From: Desulfobulbus propionicus DSM 2032
GTDB lineage: Bacteria; Desulfobacterota; Desulfobulbia; Desulfobulbales; Desulfobulbaceae
DNA length: 32,000 nt
Direction: 5' to 3'
NCBI RefSeq assembly: GCF_000186885.1
Contig: NC_014972.1
Location: forward strand, 2,460,001 to 2,492,000
Shown here: piece by piece, positions 1-9,576 of the stretch
Position numbering within the stretch: position 1 is the first letter of the stretch
Layout of the letters: each line of letters opens with the position of its first letter
Program-made: the position numbers and the translations under genes
The notes under the pieces: model-generated
What the model was told of the DNA's origin: nothing
The model's input: only the letters and a program-made list of their open reading frames with translations
The model's database searches: none

Positions 1-371
1 CTCGGCTCATCGGCAAAACCACCCAACTCCGGGTGCCGCTTGCGCAAGAGCTGCAACAACTCCTCCCTGGCAGCCCCCTGCGCTTCGGCGGCGGTACCGA
101 GCGCGGTCACGGCCACACCCCGGGCAAGATCGACTGGCTGATTGCTCCGATTGTCGATGAGCAGCGCGACCTGCGGGCGCGACTCGATGTTGCGGAACTT
201 CTGGGTGGCGCGGCTGGTCAGGAAAATCAGGCGGCCGAGATCGGGAGTGACGGCAAAGGCGACCAGGCTGGTATAGGGGCCGGAGCCGCTGTCGGTGGCG
301 ACGACCGCCAGCCGCTGCTGGCCAAACAGGGTGATCAGCTGGCTGTTGATGGGGACTGGATCAATATCCAT
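1..371 (-). CDS. Pyridoxamine 5'-phosphate oxidase-like (FMN-binding split barrel) protein, C-terminus outside window
   Basis: Minus-strand translation from ATG at 371: MDIDPVPINSQLITLFGQQRLAVVATDSGSGPYTSLVAFAVTPDLGRLIFLTSRATRKFRNIESRAQVALLIDNR..., typical PNPOx-like pattern; stays open to the window edge. Confidence 0.75.
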   Translation of the reverse strand, partial: MDIDPVPINSQLITLFGQQRLAVVATDSGSGPYTSLVAFAVTPDLGRLIFLTSRATQKFRNIESRPQVALLIDNRSNQPVDLARGVAVTALGTAAEAQGAAREELLQLLRKRHPELGGFADEP

Positions 372-471
372 TCATTTCTCCATTTTTTTTTAAAGCGACC
401 TTGCGCACAATCAAACAATAACTATTATCAAAAAATAGCAAACCTTTCACTTCAACCTGAGGAGAACGACC

Positions 472-678
472 ATGGCTGATGAGAACAAAGAGTATCAACA
501 GATGAGCAGCTCCGGTGGCGGTTATGAATCAATGGTTTGGATCCGGGACAAGGATGGCAAAGAATATGCTTGCTACCTCAAGGACATCAAAAACATTAAA
601 CGCAAGGAGGATTTGAGCGAGGACGAAAAGGCCAAATGCCTGGACGTCAGCCAGATTGTCGGTACGGAACGCTGGTAA
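472..678 (+). CDS. Small hypothetical protein (68 aa)
   Basis: Compact ORF with a purine-rich RBS (gaggagaac) upstream and a strong terminator shortly downstream. Confidence 0.65.
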   Translation: MADENKEYQQMSSSGGGYESMVWIRDKDGKEYACYLKDIKNIKRKEDLSEDEKAKCLDVSQIVGTERW

Positions 679-703
679 CCGTTCATCCTCCTGTGAGTTA
701 TAT

Positions 704-735
704 GGCCTGTCCGCTCAGCGGGCAGGCCTTTTTTT
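704..735 (+). terminator. Rho-independent terminator
   Basis: GGCCTGTCCGC-TCA-GCGGGCAGGCC stem (11 bp, one G-T pair) followed by TTTTTTT. Confidence 0.85.
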
Positions 736-1315
736 ATCCCCGGCGCATCGGCCTGCGCTCCGGCACCGGCAGGCGGGGGATGGCGCCTCGATTCCAGGCC
801 TCGGATACATACAGCTGGCAGTAACAGGCGCCGAACTCGGCAACATCGGGTTGCCGGTAGACACAGGGACAGATGATATCCGCATCCTGCTCGCGCTTTC
901 CCGTGGCCAGCCGGCAAGGGCAGGACATGTAGCCGTAGCGGTCACGATTGATCAGCAGGCCGCGCAGCAGATCAAAGGTGCGTTCCCGGTCGTTGTTGAA
1001 CCAATACCCCTTTGCCTCCTGTGTTGTTTTCAGGCGGTCATAGAGCTCATCGACCTCGGTGCGGATGCCGATGGCCTCCTTGATCTCCTGCACCTGGAAG
1101 CCGACAATCACCTGCTCGCCAACCACGGTGGTGGGAAACGAACATTGGGGATTGATCGCCTGCAACTCGGCCACCAGGGCCTCGCGCTCCGCATCCGCCA
1201 GCAGGTCGGCCTCGACGTAGTCATGGGCCACGCCAAGATCGTCCAGCATCTTCTTGATGGCCTGACAGTAGGCACAGGTTGACAATCCGTAAAGTTTGAC
1301 GGTTTTCGCTGTCAT
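734..1315 (-). CDS. Glutaredoxin domain fused to ferredoxin:thioredoxin reductase catalytic subunit-like domain
   Basis: N-terminus MTAKTVKLYGLSTCAYCQAIKKML (glutaredoxin CxxC); C-terminus YGYMSCPCRLATGKREQDADIICPCVYRQPDVAEFGACYCQLYVS (FTR-beta CPC/CPC/CxC pattern). Confidence 0.85.
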   Translation of the reverse strand: MTAKTVKLYGLSTCAYCQAIKKMLDDLGVAHDYVEADLLADAEREALVAELQAINPQCSFPTTVVGEQVIVGFQVQEIKEAIGIRTEVDELYDRLKTTQEAKGYWFNNDRERTFDLLRGLLINRDRYGYMSCPCRLATGKREQDADIICPCVYRQPDVAEFGACYCQLYVSEAWNRGAIPRLPVPERRPMRRG

Positions 1316-1409
1316 GTCGATCGATGATTCCTCCCAAAGGGTGTTTCCTTGTTCAAGCCAGCCACGCTGTGCATCGCTGCTCGGTATGGGGCCGCCACAT
1401 TCAGTCCGT

Positions 1410-2036
1410 CTACTGTTCACGGGCGTAGACCAGTACCGGTTCCGCCTCCACCCGCTCGATCCCCAGGGTAAAGGCCCTGCATCGGTAGCGCCCGCCGGCG
1501 AGCCGGGAGAGATCGAGCCCCTCGATGATCAGAATATCCTGTTCCAGCAAGTGGATATGGGTCGGATGTCCGGGTTGCGCCCGTTCGATGCCCGGCTGAT
1601 CAATGCCGACAAACCGCAGCGGGCGACTGGCCAACCAAGCGGCCGCCTCGGCGTTCACCGCCGGAAACAGGGGATCGAACGCGGCCAGCGGCTGTTCCAG
1701 GGTACGGAAAAACACGGCCTCGATCCCCTCGAGGGGCAGATCATGCACCTCGGCCAGAGTGATTGCCGCAGGCGGCTGCGGGCACAGGTCGACCACCAGG
1801 GCCGTGAATTCGTCCGGAAAGCGCCGATAATCGCTGGAACACTTGCCGCCGGCAATGGCGTGGAGCGGATAGTCGACATGGGTGCCGGTGTGCAGGGGCA
1901 GGTGCAGGGTGGATTCGTGCATGCCGTGGCGGCTGAAATCACGGGTGGTCTCGATGCTCGGCCGCTTGTCGGGCGCATTCTTGTAGACCATCATCTGTTC
2001 GCTGATCGGCAGCGACAGGCCAATCCAGTGCTTCAT
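1410..2036 (-). CDS. Cyclase family protein (kynurenine formamidase-like)
   Basis: MKHWIGLSLPISEQMMVYKN...HESTLHLPLHTGTHVDYPLH...; HTGTHVD motif of the cyclase family. Confidence 0.8.
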   Translation of the reverse strand: MKHWIGLSLPISEQMMVYKNAPDKRPSIETTRDFSRHGMHESTLHLPLHTGTHVDYPLHAIAGGKCSSDYRRFPDEFTALVVDLCPQPPAAITLAEVHDLPLEGIEAVFFRTLEQPLAAFDPLFPAVNAEAAAWLASRPLRFVGIDQPGIERAQPGHPTHIHLLEQDILIIEGLDLSRLAGGRYRCRAFTLGIERVEAEPVLVYAREQ

Positions 2037-3388
2037 GCGAGACCTCCCAGCGGGGTGAGGGTGGCGCTGCCGGGCGCATAGATCACCAGCCGCCCCTGTG
2101 CGGCCGCGCCCCGAAGCCCATCGGCAATGCGCCACTGGGCCTGCAACTCGTCAAAGCCGGCAAACAGGGTTTTATCTCCTTCCCAGGCATCCTTGAGCAA
2201 CTTGACGTACGCCTCGGGTCGGTTGCCGATCATCCTGCAGCTGTGGCAGTACTCGGCGGTCACCTGTTCAATGTCGTAGTCGTATCCGGGCGTCTTGGAG
2301 TTGAATTGCAGCTCCACGCCCTCGTGGGGAAAGACCTGAATCACCAGCTGATTGGCGGCCGCCTCAACGGTTTCGCCGCAGTCCACACACAACCGGGTCG
2401 GCCGAAAATGCAGGCGGATCTCGGTCCGCTTCTCGGCCAGTTTCTTGCCGGTGCGGACAACAAATCGCGCGCCCTGCCACTGGGGCGTATCGACCCGCAA
2501 CGTGGCCTCGACCGCGGTCTCGGTGGCGGAGCCGGGCACCTGATCCTGGTAGCCCGCGTACTGGCCGAGTACCGGCGGGCAGGACGGATCGGGCCGCAGG
2601 TGATCGAGGACATCGATCTTGGCCCGGCGAATCGATTCCGGCGCCAGATCATTCGGCGCCCCCATGGCCACCAGGGCCACCATCTGCAACAGGTGACTCT
2701 GGATCATGTCGTTGATCGCCCCGGCCCGGTCGTAATAGTCGAGCCGCTCCTCCACGCCGGCGGTCTCGATGCTGGTGACCTCGACCCGGTCGATGGCCCC
2801 GCCGTGCCAGCTCTCGCTGAAGAGGCGGTTGGCGAAACGGATGGTGAGAATATTGCGAATCATCTCCTTGCCCAGGTAATGATCGATCCGGTACAACTGC
2901 TCCTCGCTCACCAGCGGCAACAACTGCTCCTGAATGGCTGCGGCCGACCGTAGGCTGTCGCCAAAGGGTTTTTCCAGCAGCAGCCGGTGCTCGGGATTGC
3001 CGGTGGCCAACAGCCCGGCCGCGTGCAGCTGGGTGGTGATGGGGACAAAGGCGTCGGGCTTGACGGCGAGGAAAAACAGCCGCCGGCCGGTTCGCGCACC
3101 GCCCTCGGCATGCATGCGGGCGGCCAGGGTTTGGTAGGCGGCCGCATCCTCGAACTCCAAACGGTGGTACTCGATACGCTTGCGCAGCTGTTCGCCCAAA
3201 CAAACAGCCCCCTTGGCCTCGATCAACGCCAGATACCCCTCCGCATCCAGGGCTCTGCGGCCCAAACACCAAACGCGGCTAAAGGGCAGCCCCTCTTCGC
3301 TCCACTGCTGCAGGGCGGGCAGGATCTTCTTGGCCGCCAGATCGCCGGTGGCGCCGAAAATACAGAGAACCCCACCTAGAGCATCCAT
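2033..3388 (-). CDS. zwf: Glucose-6-phosphate 1-dehydrogenase
   Basis: 451 aa; FGATGDLAAKKILPAL nucleotide-binding motif and RIDHYLGKE active-site motif. Confidence 0.95.
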   Translation of the reverse strand: MDALGGVLCIFGATGDLAAKKILPALQQWSEEGLPFSRVWCLGRRALDAEGYLALIEAKGAVCLGEQLRKRIEYHRLEFEDAAAYQTLAARMHAEGGARTGRRLFFLAVKPDAFVPITTQLHAAGLLATGNPEHRLLLEKPFGDSLRSAAAIQEQLLPLVSEEQLYRIDHYLGKEMIRNILTIRFANRLFSESWHGGAIDRVEVTSIETAGVEERLDYYDRAGAINDMIQSHLLQMVALVAMGAPNDLAPESIRRAKIDVLDHLRPDPSCPPVLGQYAGYQDQVPGSATETAVEATLRVDTPQWQGARFVVRTGKKLAEKRTEIRLHFRPTRLCVDCGETVEAAANQLVIQVFPHEGVELQFNSKTPGYDYDIEQVTAEYCHSCRMIGNRPEAYVKLLKDAWEGDKTLFAGFDELQAQWRIADGLRGAAAQGRLVIYAPGSATLTPLGGLA

Positions 3389-3391
3389 GGC

Positions 3392-4297
3392 TCAGTCCTC
3401 GCCCTTGGCGATCACCGCATGGCCGCCGAATTCGCGCCGCATGGCCGCCAGTGATTTCTCGGCATATTTTTCCTGGTCCTGGGATTTGAAGCGGGAAAAG
3501 AGCGAAGTGGCGATCACCGGCGCCGAAACCCCGAGCCGCACCGCCTCCTCGACCGTCCAGTTGGCCTCGCCGGAGGCGGCGACCACGCCCTTGATCGAAC
3601 CCAAGTCCGGCTCCCGTGCCAGGGCGGCAGCGGTCATGTCCATCAGCAGACCGGAGACGATCGACCCCTTGCGCCATACCTGGGTCACCCGGTCAAGCGC
3701 AAAGGGCATCGGCCCGTGGCGGAGAATCTCCAGCCCTTCGGCAATGGCCTGCATCATCCCGTATTCAATGCCATTGTGAATCATCTTGACGAAATGGCCG
3801 GCACCGGACGCCCCCATTCGCCCGTACCCACTGCCGCCGCTCAACGCCCTGAACACCGGCTCCATTCGCCCATACACCGCCTCGTCGCCGCCGACCATCA
3901 GACAGGCGCCGTTGCGCGCCCCCTCGGTGCCGCCGCTGGTGCCGACATCGAGAAAATGGATTCCGTCCCGGCGCAGCTCCTCGCTTCGGCGCTGACTGTC
4001 CTGGTAGCGCGAGTTGCCGCCATCAATGAGAATGTCTCCAGGGGCCATCAACGGACGGAGGCGGGCGATCATCGCATCCACCGGCGGTCCGGCGGGTATC
4101 ATCAGCCATACCGCTCGAGGCGGGGTCAGGGCGCTGACGAACGATTCCAGGCCGGCATGGACAGTGATCCCTTCTTGTTTCAGTTGCGCCCGTTTGTCCG
4201 CCTTGTCGGTGAAAACGACGATGTTCAATCCCTTGTCGCGGCCATTGAGGGCCAGCGGCAGGCCCATCTTGCCCATGCCGATGATGCCGAGTTGCAT
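3392..4297 (-). CDS. gnd: 6-phosphogluconate dehydrogenase, decarboxylating (short form)
   Basis: 301 aa; MQLGIIGMGKMGLPLALN, DILIDGGNSRYQDSQRR, FLDVGTSGG, VKMIHNGIEYGMMQAIAEG; directly follows zwf in the same orientation. Confidence 0.93.
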   Translation of the reverse strand: MQLGIIGMGKMGLPLALNGRDKGLNIVVFTDKADKRAQLKQEGITVHAGLESFVSALTPPRAVWLMIPAGPPVDAMIARLRPLMAPGDILIDGGNSRYQDSQRRSEELRRDGIHFLDVGTSGGTEGARNGACLMVGGDEAVYGRMEPVFRALSGGSGYGRMGASGAGHFVKMIHNGIEYGMMQAIAEGLEILRHGPMPFALDRVTQVWRKGSIVSGLLMDMTAAALAREPDLGSIKGVVAASGEANWTVEEAVRLGVSAPVIATSLFSRFKSQDQEKYAEKSLAAMRREFGGHAVIAKGED

Positions 4298-4351
4298 TGT
4301 GTAACCTCCTTGCGGTTTGCCGCATGTCGCTTTGATCGGACAGCGTGGAGC

Positions 4352-4810
4352 CTAGGGTTCGATCAGTTCAAGAATCTCCTCGTTGGACGGAATATCGGCC
4401 ATGGAATGGCCGTAGTGAACATAACGCAGTCGTCCGGCCTTATCGATCAGCATCTGCGCCGGCATTCGCCCCAGCTTGAAGAGATTCACTTCTTGACCAT
4501 AGCGGTCGAGCACCACCCGCTCCGGATCGGGCAGGCCGATGAAGGGCAGGTTTTCCTTGTGCCAGTAAGCGCGAAAGGCGGATGCGTCTTCCGGACCGAC
4601 GACCAGGATCTCGGTGTTCAACCGGACGAACTGTTCGTATCCCTGGCGCAACTGCGCCATGTGCCGGCGGCAGAAGGGTCAGAGAAAACCGCGATTGAGG
4701 ACCAGCACGACATTTTTCCGTCCGGAAAAATCGGCAAGCGACACCGTCTGGCCATGCACATCGACCAAGGTAAAATCGGGCGCCGGGGTGTTGACGTCGA
4801 CTCGGGCCAT
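4352..4810 (-). CDS. Redoxin-domain (AhpC/TSA-like) protein, probable selenoprotein with Sec encoded by in-frame TGA (4679-4681)
   Basis: Two ORF-track pieces (end of 4679..5095 and 4352..4660) are in the same frame, separated by one TGA: MARVDVNTPAPDFTLVDVHGQTVSLADFSGRKNVVLVLNRGFL-[TGA]-PFCRRHMAQLRQGYEQF...; UxxC replaces the expected CxxC of RGxxCPFCRxxxxxL redoxins. Confidence 0.75.
4652..4673 (-). promoter_or_regulatory. Candidate bacterial SECIS hairpin just downstream of the TGA
   Basis: CTGC-(C)-GCC-[GGCACAT]-GGC-GCAG begins 6 nt after the TGA; 7 paired bases with one bulge and a loop starting GG. Not folded computationally. Confidence 0.4.
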
Positions 4811-4853
4811 GACGAACCTCCTTGCGTGTTGATGGGACGTGTACCCCGTGCGC

Positions 4854-5264
4854 TCAGGCCGCAAAATGGGGCAGAAAGACCAGCAGCCCGACCGCCACCG
4901 CCGCCATGGCCGCCGCCAGCACGGCAAAGGCGGCCACATCCTTGGCTTGACCAATTCGGGGCCGCCGCTCCAGGGTGATCTCGTCGGCCAGCAGTTCAAC
5001 GGCGGTGTTGACCGCCTCCATGGCCCAGACCAGACCGATGGCCAGGGCCAGCAGGGTCCATTCCAGGACGGCGAGACGGACCAACAGTCCGGCAACGATC
5101 ACCGCGATGGTCGCCAAGGCGTGAATCCAGGCATTGTGCTGGCTGACCAGCAACAGGCGGCCGCCGGCCAAGGCGAACCGGAAACTGCGTATCCTGGCCC
5201 GCAGGGAGAAGGAATCAGGCCTCGGTTCCACAGTTTTGTGTTCCTGGTCGCCTTTGTCCCGCAT
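4854..5264 (-). CDS. dgkA: Diacylglycerol kinase family membrane protein
   Basis: RIRSFRFALAGGRLLLVSQHNAWIH...AMEAVNTAVELLADEI...AKDVAAFAV, DgkA signature and hydrophobic helices. Confidence 0.88.
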   Translation of the reverse strand: MRDKGDQEHKTVEPRPDSFSLRARIRSFRFALAGGRLLLVSQHNAWIHALATIAVIVAGLLVRLAVLEWTLLALAIGLVWAMEAVNTAVELLADEITLERRPRIGQAKDVAAFAVLAAAMAAVAVGLLVFLPHFAA

Positions 5265-5266
5265 GC

Positions 5267-6337
5267 TCAGGCAGCGAGGAAGGGATAGTCGATGTACCCC
5301 TCTGGCCCGGGCCGATAGAAGGTCGACGGGTTGGGGGAATTGAGCGGCGCTCCCTTGCGGATGCGCTCCACCAGGTCGGGGTTGGCGATATAGCTGGTGC
5401 CAAAGGCCACCGCGTCGATTTGCCGCTGGGCAATGGCGGTCTCGGCTTCCTCGGGGGTGTAGCGCAGATTGGCGATCAGCACGCCCCGGTACTGCTCGCG
5501 CACCGGCGTCAGCACATCACCCTTCAACTCGCCCAGGACATCGCCGCGAATCAGGTGGAGGTACGCAAGGTTGCACTCGTTGAGCCGTTTGGCCAGCCAG
5601 ATGGCCAAGCCGATGGGGTCGCTGTCGCCCATGGAGTTGAAGCTGGAAATCGGCGACAACCGCAGGCCGACCCGCTCGCCGCCCCAGACCGAACAGACCG
5701 CTTGCAACACCTCCAGCAGCAGCCGGGCCCGGTTGTCGATCGAGCCGCCGTAGGGACCGGTGCGGTGGTTGCAACCGTCGCGGAGGAACTGATCGAGCAG
5801 ATACCCATTGGCTCCGTGGATCTCGATACCGTCAAACCCGGCGGCCTGAGCGTTGACTGCGGCCTGCCGAAATCCCTCGACAATGGCCGGCAATTCGTCG
5901 TCGCCCAGTTCGCGGGGGACCACGTAGTTTTGTTTGCCTTCCGGAGTATGGGTGAGGTCGTTGGTGATGGCGATCGGGCTGGCCGACACCGGCTGGGCCC
6001 CGTGATTGAGCAGGGGATGGCAGGCCCGGCCGCCGTGCCACAGTTGGACAAAGATCCGCCCGCCCCGGTCGTGCACTGCCCTGGTCACCCGACGCCAACC
6101 GTCGATTTGCGCCTGATTGTACAGGCCGGGTTCGGTCTGGAAGGCACAGTGCCCCTCCATGACCATGGTCGCCTCGGCAATGATCAGGCCAGCGCTCGCC
6201 CGCTGGGCATACTGCTCGGCCATCAGCTCCGTGGGCACGTGGGCGCTGTCGGCCCGGCACCGGGTCAGCGGCGCCATGAGGATACGATTGGGAAGGGTGA
6301 GGGGGCCAATTTGAAGCGGTTGGAAAAGATGGTGCAT
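5267..6337 (-). CDS. NADH:flavin oxidoreductase / Old Yellow Enzyme-family alkene reductase
   Basis: MHHLFQPLQIGPLTLPNRILMAPLTRCRA...FVQLWHGGRACH...GFDGIEIHGANGYLLDQFLRDGCNHRTGPYGGS. Confidence 0.9.
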   Translation of the reverse strand: MHHLFQPLQIGPLTLPNRILMAPLTRCRADSAHVPTELMAEQYAQRASAGLIIAEATMVMEGHCAFQTEPGLYNQAQIDGWRRVTRAVHDRGGRIFVQLWHGGRACHPLLNHGAQPVSASPIAITNDLTHTPEGKQNYVVPRELGDDELPAIVEGFRQAAVNAQAAGFDGIEIHGANGYLLDQFLRDGCNHRTGPYGGSIDNRARLLLEVLQAVCSVWGGERVGLRLSPISSFNSMGDSDPIGLAIWLAKRLNECNLAYLHLIRGDVLGELKGDVLTPVREQYRGVLIANLRYTPEEAETAIAQRQIDAVAFGTSYIANPDLVERIRKGAPLNSPNPSTFYRPGPEGYIDYPFLAA

Positions 6338-6517
6338 GGTTTGCCTCACGGTTGCAATGTTCGTCACAGCGGCGGGCCCGTCCCGTTCACTGTCTAATAC
6401 CACTCAAAGACTCAGCGCAAGCGCGGAGGTCGTCCACGGTCGAAATCCCGGGCGGACAACTGGCACCCAGCGGACACGGCCTTCATCCCTGTGCATAAGA
6501 AAATCGTCAACCTGGCG

Positions 6518-7483
6518 TCAGCCTTTCCCGCCGAGATCGAGAACCTCGCGAAAATAGGCAATGGTTGGCTCCAATCCAGCAGCAAGCCGGACCTGCGGCT
6601 GCCACCCCAGCACGGTCCTGGCGACGGTGATATCCGGCTGACGCTGTCGAGGGTCGTCCTGGGGCAGGGGTTTGAACACCAGTTTGGATGTGCCGCCGAC
6701 CATGGCGAGGATGGTTTCGGCAAGTTGCCTAATGGTGAATTCATCGGGGTTGCCCATGTTGATGGGTCCGGTCACCTCCTGGGGACTGGCCATCATGCGC
6801 ATGAATCCCTCGATCAAATCGTCCACATAGCAGAAACTGCGGCTTTGCAGACCATCGCCATAGATGGTGATGTCCTCGCCGCGCAGGGCCTGGACAATGA
6901 AATTGCTGACCACCCGGCCGTCATTGGGATGCATGCGGGGACCGTAGGTGTTGAAAATGCGCACCACCTTGATCTCCAGGCCGTGCTGCCGACGGTAATC
7001 GAAAAATAACGTCTCGGCGCAGCGCTTGCCCTCATCGTAGCAGGAGCGGATACCGATAGGGTTGACCCGGCCCCAATAGCTTTCCGGCTGCGGATGCACT
7101 TCCGGATCGCCGTAGACTTCGCTGGTCGATGCCTGAAAAATTTTGGCCTTGGTTCGCTTGGCCAGTCCGAGCATGTTGATGGCGCCATGAACGCTCGTTT
7201 TGGTGGTCTGCACAGGATCCCATTGGTAATGAATGGGCGACGCCGGACAGGCTAGGTTGAAGATCTCGTCAACCTCCACATAGAGCGGAAAGGTGACGTC
7301 ATGGCGGATCAATTCAAAAAAGGGATTATTGAGCAGATGGGCCACGTTGTCCTTGGTGCCGCTGTAAAAATTATCGAGGCACAGCACATCGCAGTTTTCG
7401 TTGAGCAGTCGCTCGCACAGATGCGATCCCAAAAACCCGGCGCCGCCGGTAACGAGTACTCTTTTCCTGTTGGCCACCCGCAT
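6518..7483 (-). CDS. UDP-glucuronate decarboxylase (UXS-type SDR)
   Basis: [21 protein letters not shown]...[13 protein letters not shown]...[12 protein letters not shown]...[15 protein letters not shown]...RSCYDEGKR. Confidence 0.92.
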   Translation of the reverse strand: MRVANRKRVLVTGGAGFLGSHLCERLLNENCDVLCLDNFYSGTKDNVAHLLNNPFFELIRHDVTFPLYVEVDEIFNLACPASPIHYQWDPVQTTKTSVHGAINMLGLAKRTKAKIFQASTSEVYGDPEVHPQPESYWGRVNPIGIRSCYDEGKRCAETLFFDYRRQHGLEIKVVRIFNTYGPRMHPNDGRVVSNFIVQALRGEDITIYGDGLQSRSFCYVDDLIEGFMRMMASPQEVTGPINMGNPDEFTIRQLAETILAMVGGTSKLVFKPLPQDDPRQRQPDITVARTVLGWQPQVRLAAGLEPTIAYFREVLDLGGKG

Positions 7484-7748
7484 ATATCCTCCTTGCCGAA
7501 CCTCTTGAACGCGTTCGATTCTCTCGAATCCATTAATAACAGGATGTTTTACGCATTTCTCCCGACCGATGCCTCTCCATCGCCTCTGAAAAAAAGAGGG
7601 CCGTAAAAAAAAACCTTAAGCCCAATCGGAAACACTCCGAAACGTTTTTCGAGAGACAGCAGAGCGCATTGAGAGAGCAGTTACGTTTGTATCGTTAGCC
7701 GAAAGTCCGTCATTGGAAGACCACGGCTAAAAATTCATGGAGGAAACC

Positions 7749-9239
7749 ATGGCTTTAACGATCAATACAAACGTCGCGTCCCTGAATGCCCAAAGAAATT
7801 TATCCCGCTCCCAAGGCGATCTCGCCACCTCGATGGAGCGGCTCTCTTCCGGACTCCGCATCAACTCCGCCAAGGACGATGCAGCCGGTCTCGCCATCTC
7901 CGACCGGATGACCTCCCAGATCCGCGGCCTGAACCAGGCCACGCGCAACGCCAACGACGGCATCTCGCTCGCCCAGACCGCTGAAGGCGCGATGCAGGAA
8001 TCGACCAACATCCTGCAACGCATGCGGGAACTGGCCGTGCAGGCAGCCAACGCCACCAACTCCGCCGCTGACCGATCCGCCCTCCAGGCCGAGGTCAACC
8101 AGCTGAAGACGGAAATGAACCGGATCGCCAATTCAACCACTTTCAACGGGTTGAAAATCCTCGACGGCTCCTTTGTTTCCCAGCAGTTCCAGGTTGGTCC
8201 CAACCCCAACGAAACCATTGGCTTTTCCATCAAGTCCATGGCCGCCGACGATCTGGGCCGGTACTATCACAATGCCATCAACACCACGGCCAACCAAGGC
8301 GCTGGCTCGTCGACCGCAGCCAATGCCACGCCCCCGACCACCAATACCATCGCCGCGCAAACTTTGACCATCACCGGTTCCAAGGGAACCGACAACCTGA
8401 TCATCGGCGCCGGCGCCACCGCCTGGGAGATCGCCAGCCAGGTGACCAACTCGGCCTCCAAAACCGGCGTGACCGCCACCGCGAGAACCGAAGTGACCCT
8501 CGATGGCTTGTCGGCCTCCGGCGTGGTCAATCTGACCATCGGCTCAGGCGGCAATATCGCGACCGTCAACGCCTCGGTCACCACCACCGACATGAGCGAG
8601 CTGGCAACGGTGATCAACGACCAGAGCGGCACCACCGGGGTGACGGCCACCGTCGACGCCGGAAAGCTCACCCTGGTCCAGGCCGAAGGAAAAGACATTC
8701 AAATCAGCAACTTTTCCCATTCAACCGCCAGCGCGACCATTAAAGCCACGGCCGCCGACAACAACGCCGAAACACTCACTTCCGGCGGTACCGACTCCAC
8801 CCGGGTGTCGGGCGTGATTGAATTCTCCTCGCAGGATTCGTACACCCTCTCCTCCAATGTCGGCGTGGCGGCAGGGTCCATTCTCTCGACAGCGGCCAAC
8901 GCCACCGTGATCGCCAGTTTCGAGGAGGTTACCGCCATCGACATCAGCGATGTCGAGGGAGCCAATGACGCGTTGAAGATCGTTGACGCGGCCCTGGGAA
9001 AAATCGATGCTCAGCGGGGCGATCTCGGCGCCATTCAGAATCGCTTTGAAGCGACCATCGCCAACCTGCAGAACGTGTCCGAAAACCTGACCGCGGCCCG
9101 ATCGCGAATCCGGGATGCCGACATCGCCCAGGAAACCTCGGAAATGACCAAGAACAACATTCTCCAGCAGGCCGGCGTCGCCATCCTCACCCAGGCCAAC
9201 CAAACCCCGCAGCTGGCCCTGCAACTGCTCCAGGGATAA
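7749..9239 (+). CDS. fliC: Flagellin (copy 1)
   Basis: Conserved N-terminus ([18 protein letters not shown]...[20 protein letters not shown]) and C-terminus ([66 protein letters not shown]). Confidence 0.97.
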   Translation: MALTINTNVASLNAQRNLSRSQGDLATSMERLSSGLRINSAKDDAAGLAISDRMTSQIRGLNQATRNANDGISLAQTAEGAMQESTNILQRMRELAVQAANATNSAADRSALQAEVNQLKTEMNRIANSTTFNGLKILDGSFVSQQFQVGPNPNETIGFSIKSMAADDLGRYYHNAINTTANQGAGSSTAANATPPTTNTIAAQTLTITGSKGTDNLIIGAGATAWEIASQVTNSASKTGVTATARTEVTLDGLSASGVVNLTIGSGGNIATVNASVTTTDMSELATVINDQSGTTGVTATVDAGKLTLVQAEGKDIQISNFSHSTASATIKATAADNNAETLTSGGTDSTRVSGVIEFSSQDSYTLSSNVGVAAGSILSTAANATVIASFEEVTAIDISDVEGANDALKIVDAALGKIDAQRGDLGAIQNRFEATIANLQNVSENLTAARSRIRDADIAQETSEMTKNNILQQAGVAILTQANQTPQLALQLLQG

Positions 9240-9264
9240 GAGCTTCCCGAGCAACGTCCCTTTC

Positions 9265-9289
9265 CGGAGGCGGTCCTTGACCGCCTCCG
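9265..9289 (+). terminator. Strong 3' hairpin after flagellin 1, no U-tract
   Basis: CGGAGGCGGTC-CTT-GACCGCCTCCG, 11 bp perfect stem, 25 nt after the stop. Confidence 0.55.
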
Positions 9290-9315
9290 ATACCTGTACT
9301 GTTCAAGGATCAGCC

Positions 9316-9525
9316 ATGAAAATCGTCATGTTTCACTATAACAGAGATGCGTCCGCCGTCTACCGGCAAAATAACGATCCCTGCACCGGTGCCCGCAGGG
9401 GCAACCAGTTGGTCTCCAACTGCTTTTTGGCCAATGGCTATGCCGACAGACTTCTGTGGGAAGAAGCGGCCTCCCTGAAGCCAAAAAAACCGCAAGAATT
9501 TGCAATTCCGGGCAACTGGCAGTAA
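9316..9525 (+). CDS. Small hypothetical protein
   Basis: Internal ATG of the 9277..9525 ORF: MKIVMFHYNRDASAVYRQNNDPCTGARRGNQLVSN...; weak evidence. Confidence 0.3.
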   Translation: MKIVMFHYNRDASAVYRQNNDPCTGARRGNQLVSNCFLANGYADRLLWEEAASLKPKKPQEFAIPGNWQ

Positions 9526-9576
9526 GCTCTTTCCCGATCCCCCTTCTCCCCCTCTTGACAACCTATTGGTGCATCC

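Noticed and set aside
3716-4978. 420-aa plus-strand ORF
   Set aside because: Antisense shadow of gnd, the redoxin gene and dgkA, produced by high GC; no domain pattern. The same applies to 5420..6397 +, 16135..17883 -, 11360..12520 +, 12520..13329 + and 29252..30616 +.
7672-7748. Possible sigma-28 promoter TTACGTTT-N9-GCCGAAAG upstream of flagellin 1
   Set aside because: Both boxes resemble TAAAGTTT and GCCGATAA, but the spacing is about 9 instead of 11 and several positions mismatch. No convincing sigma-54 GG-N10-GC was found either, so it is not listed as a feature.
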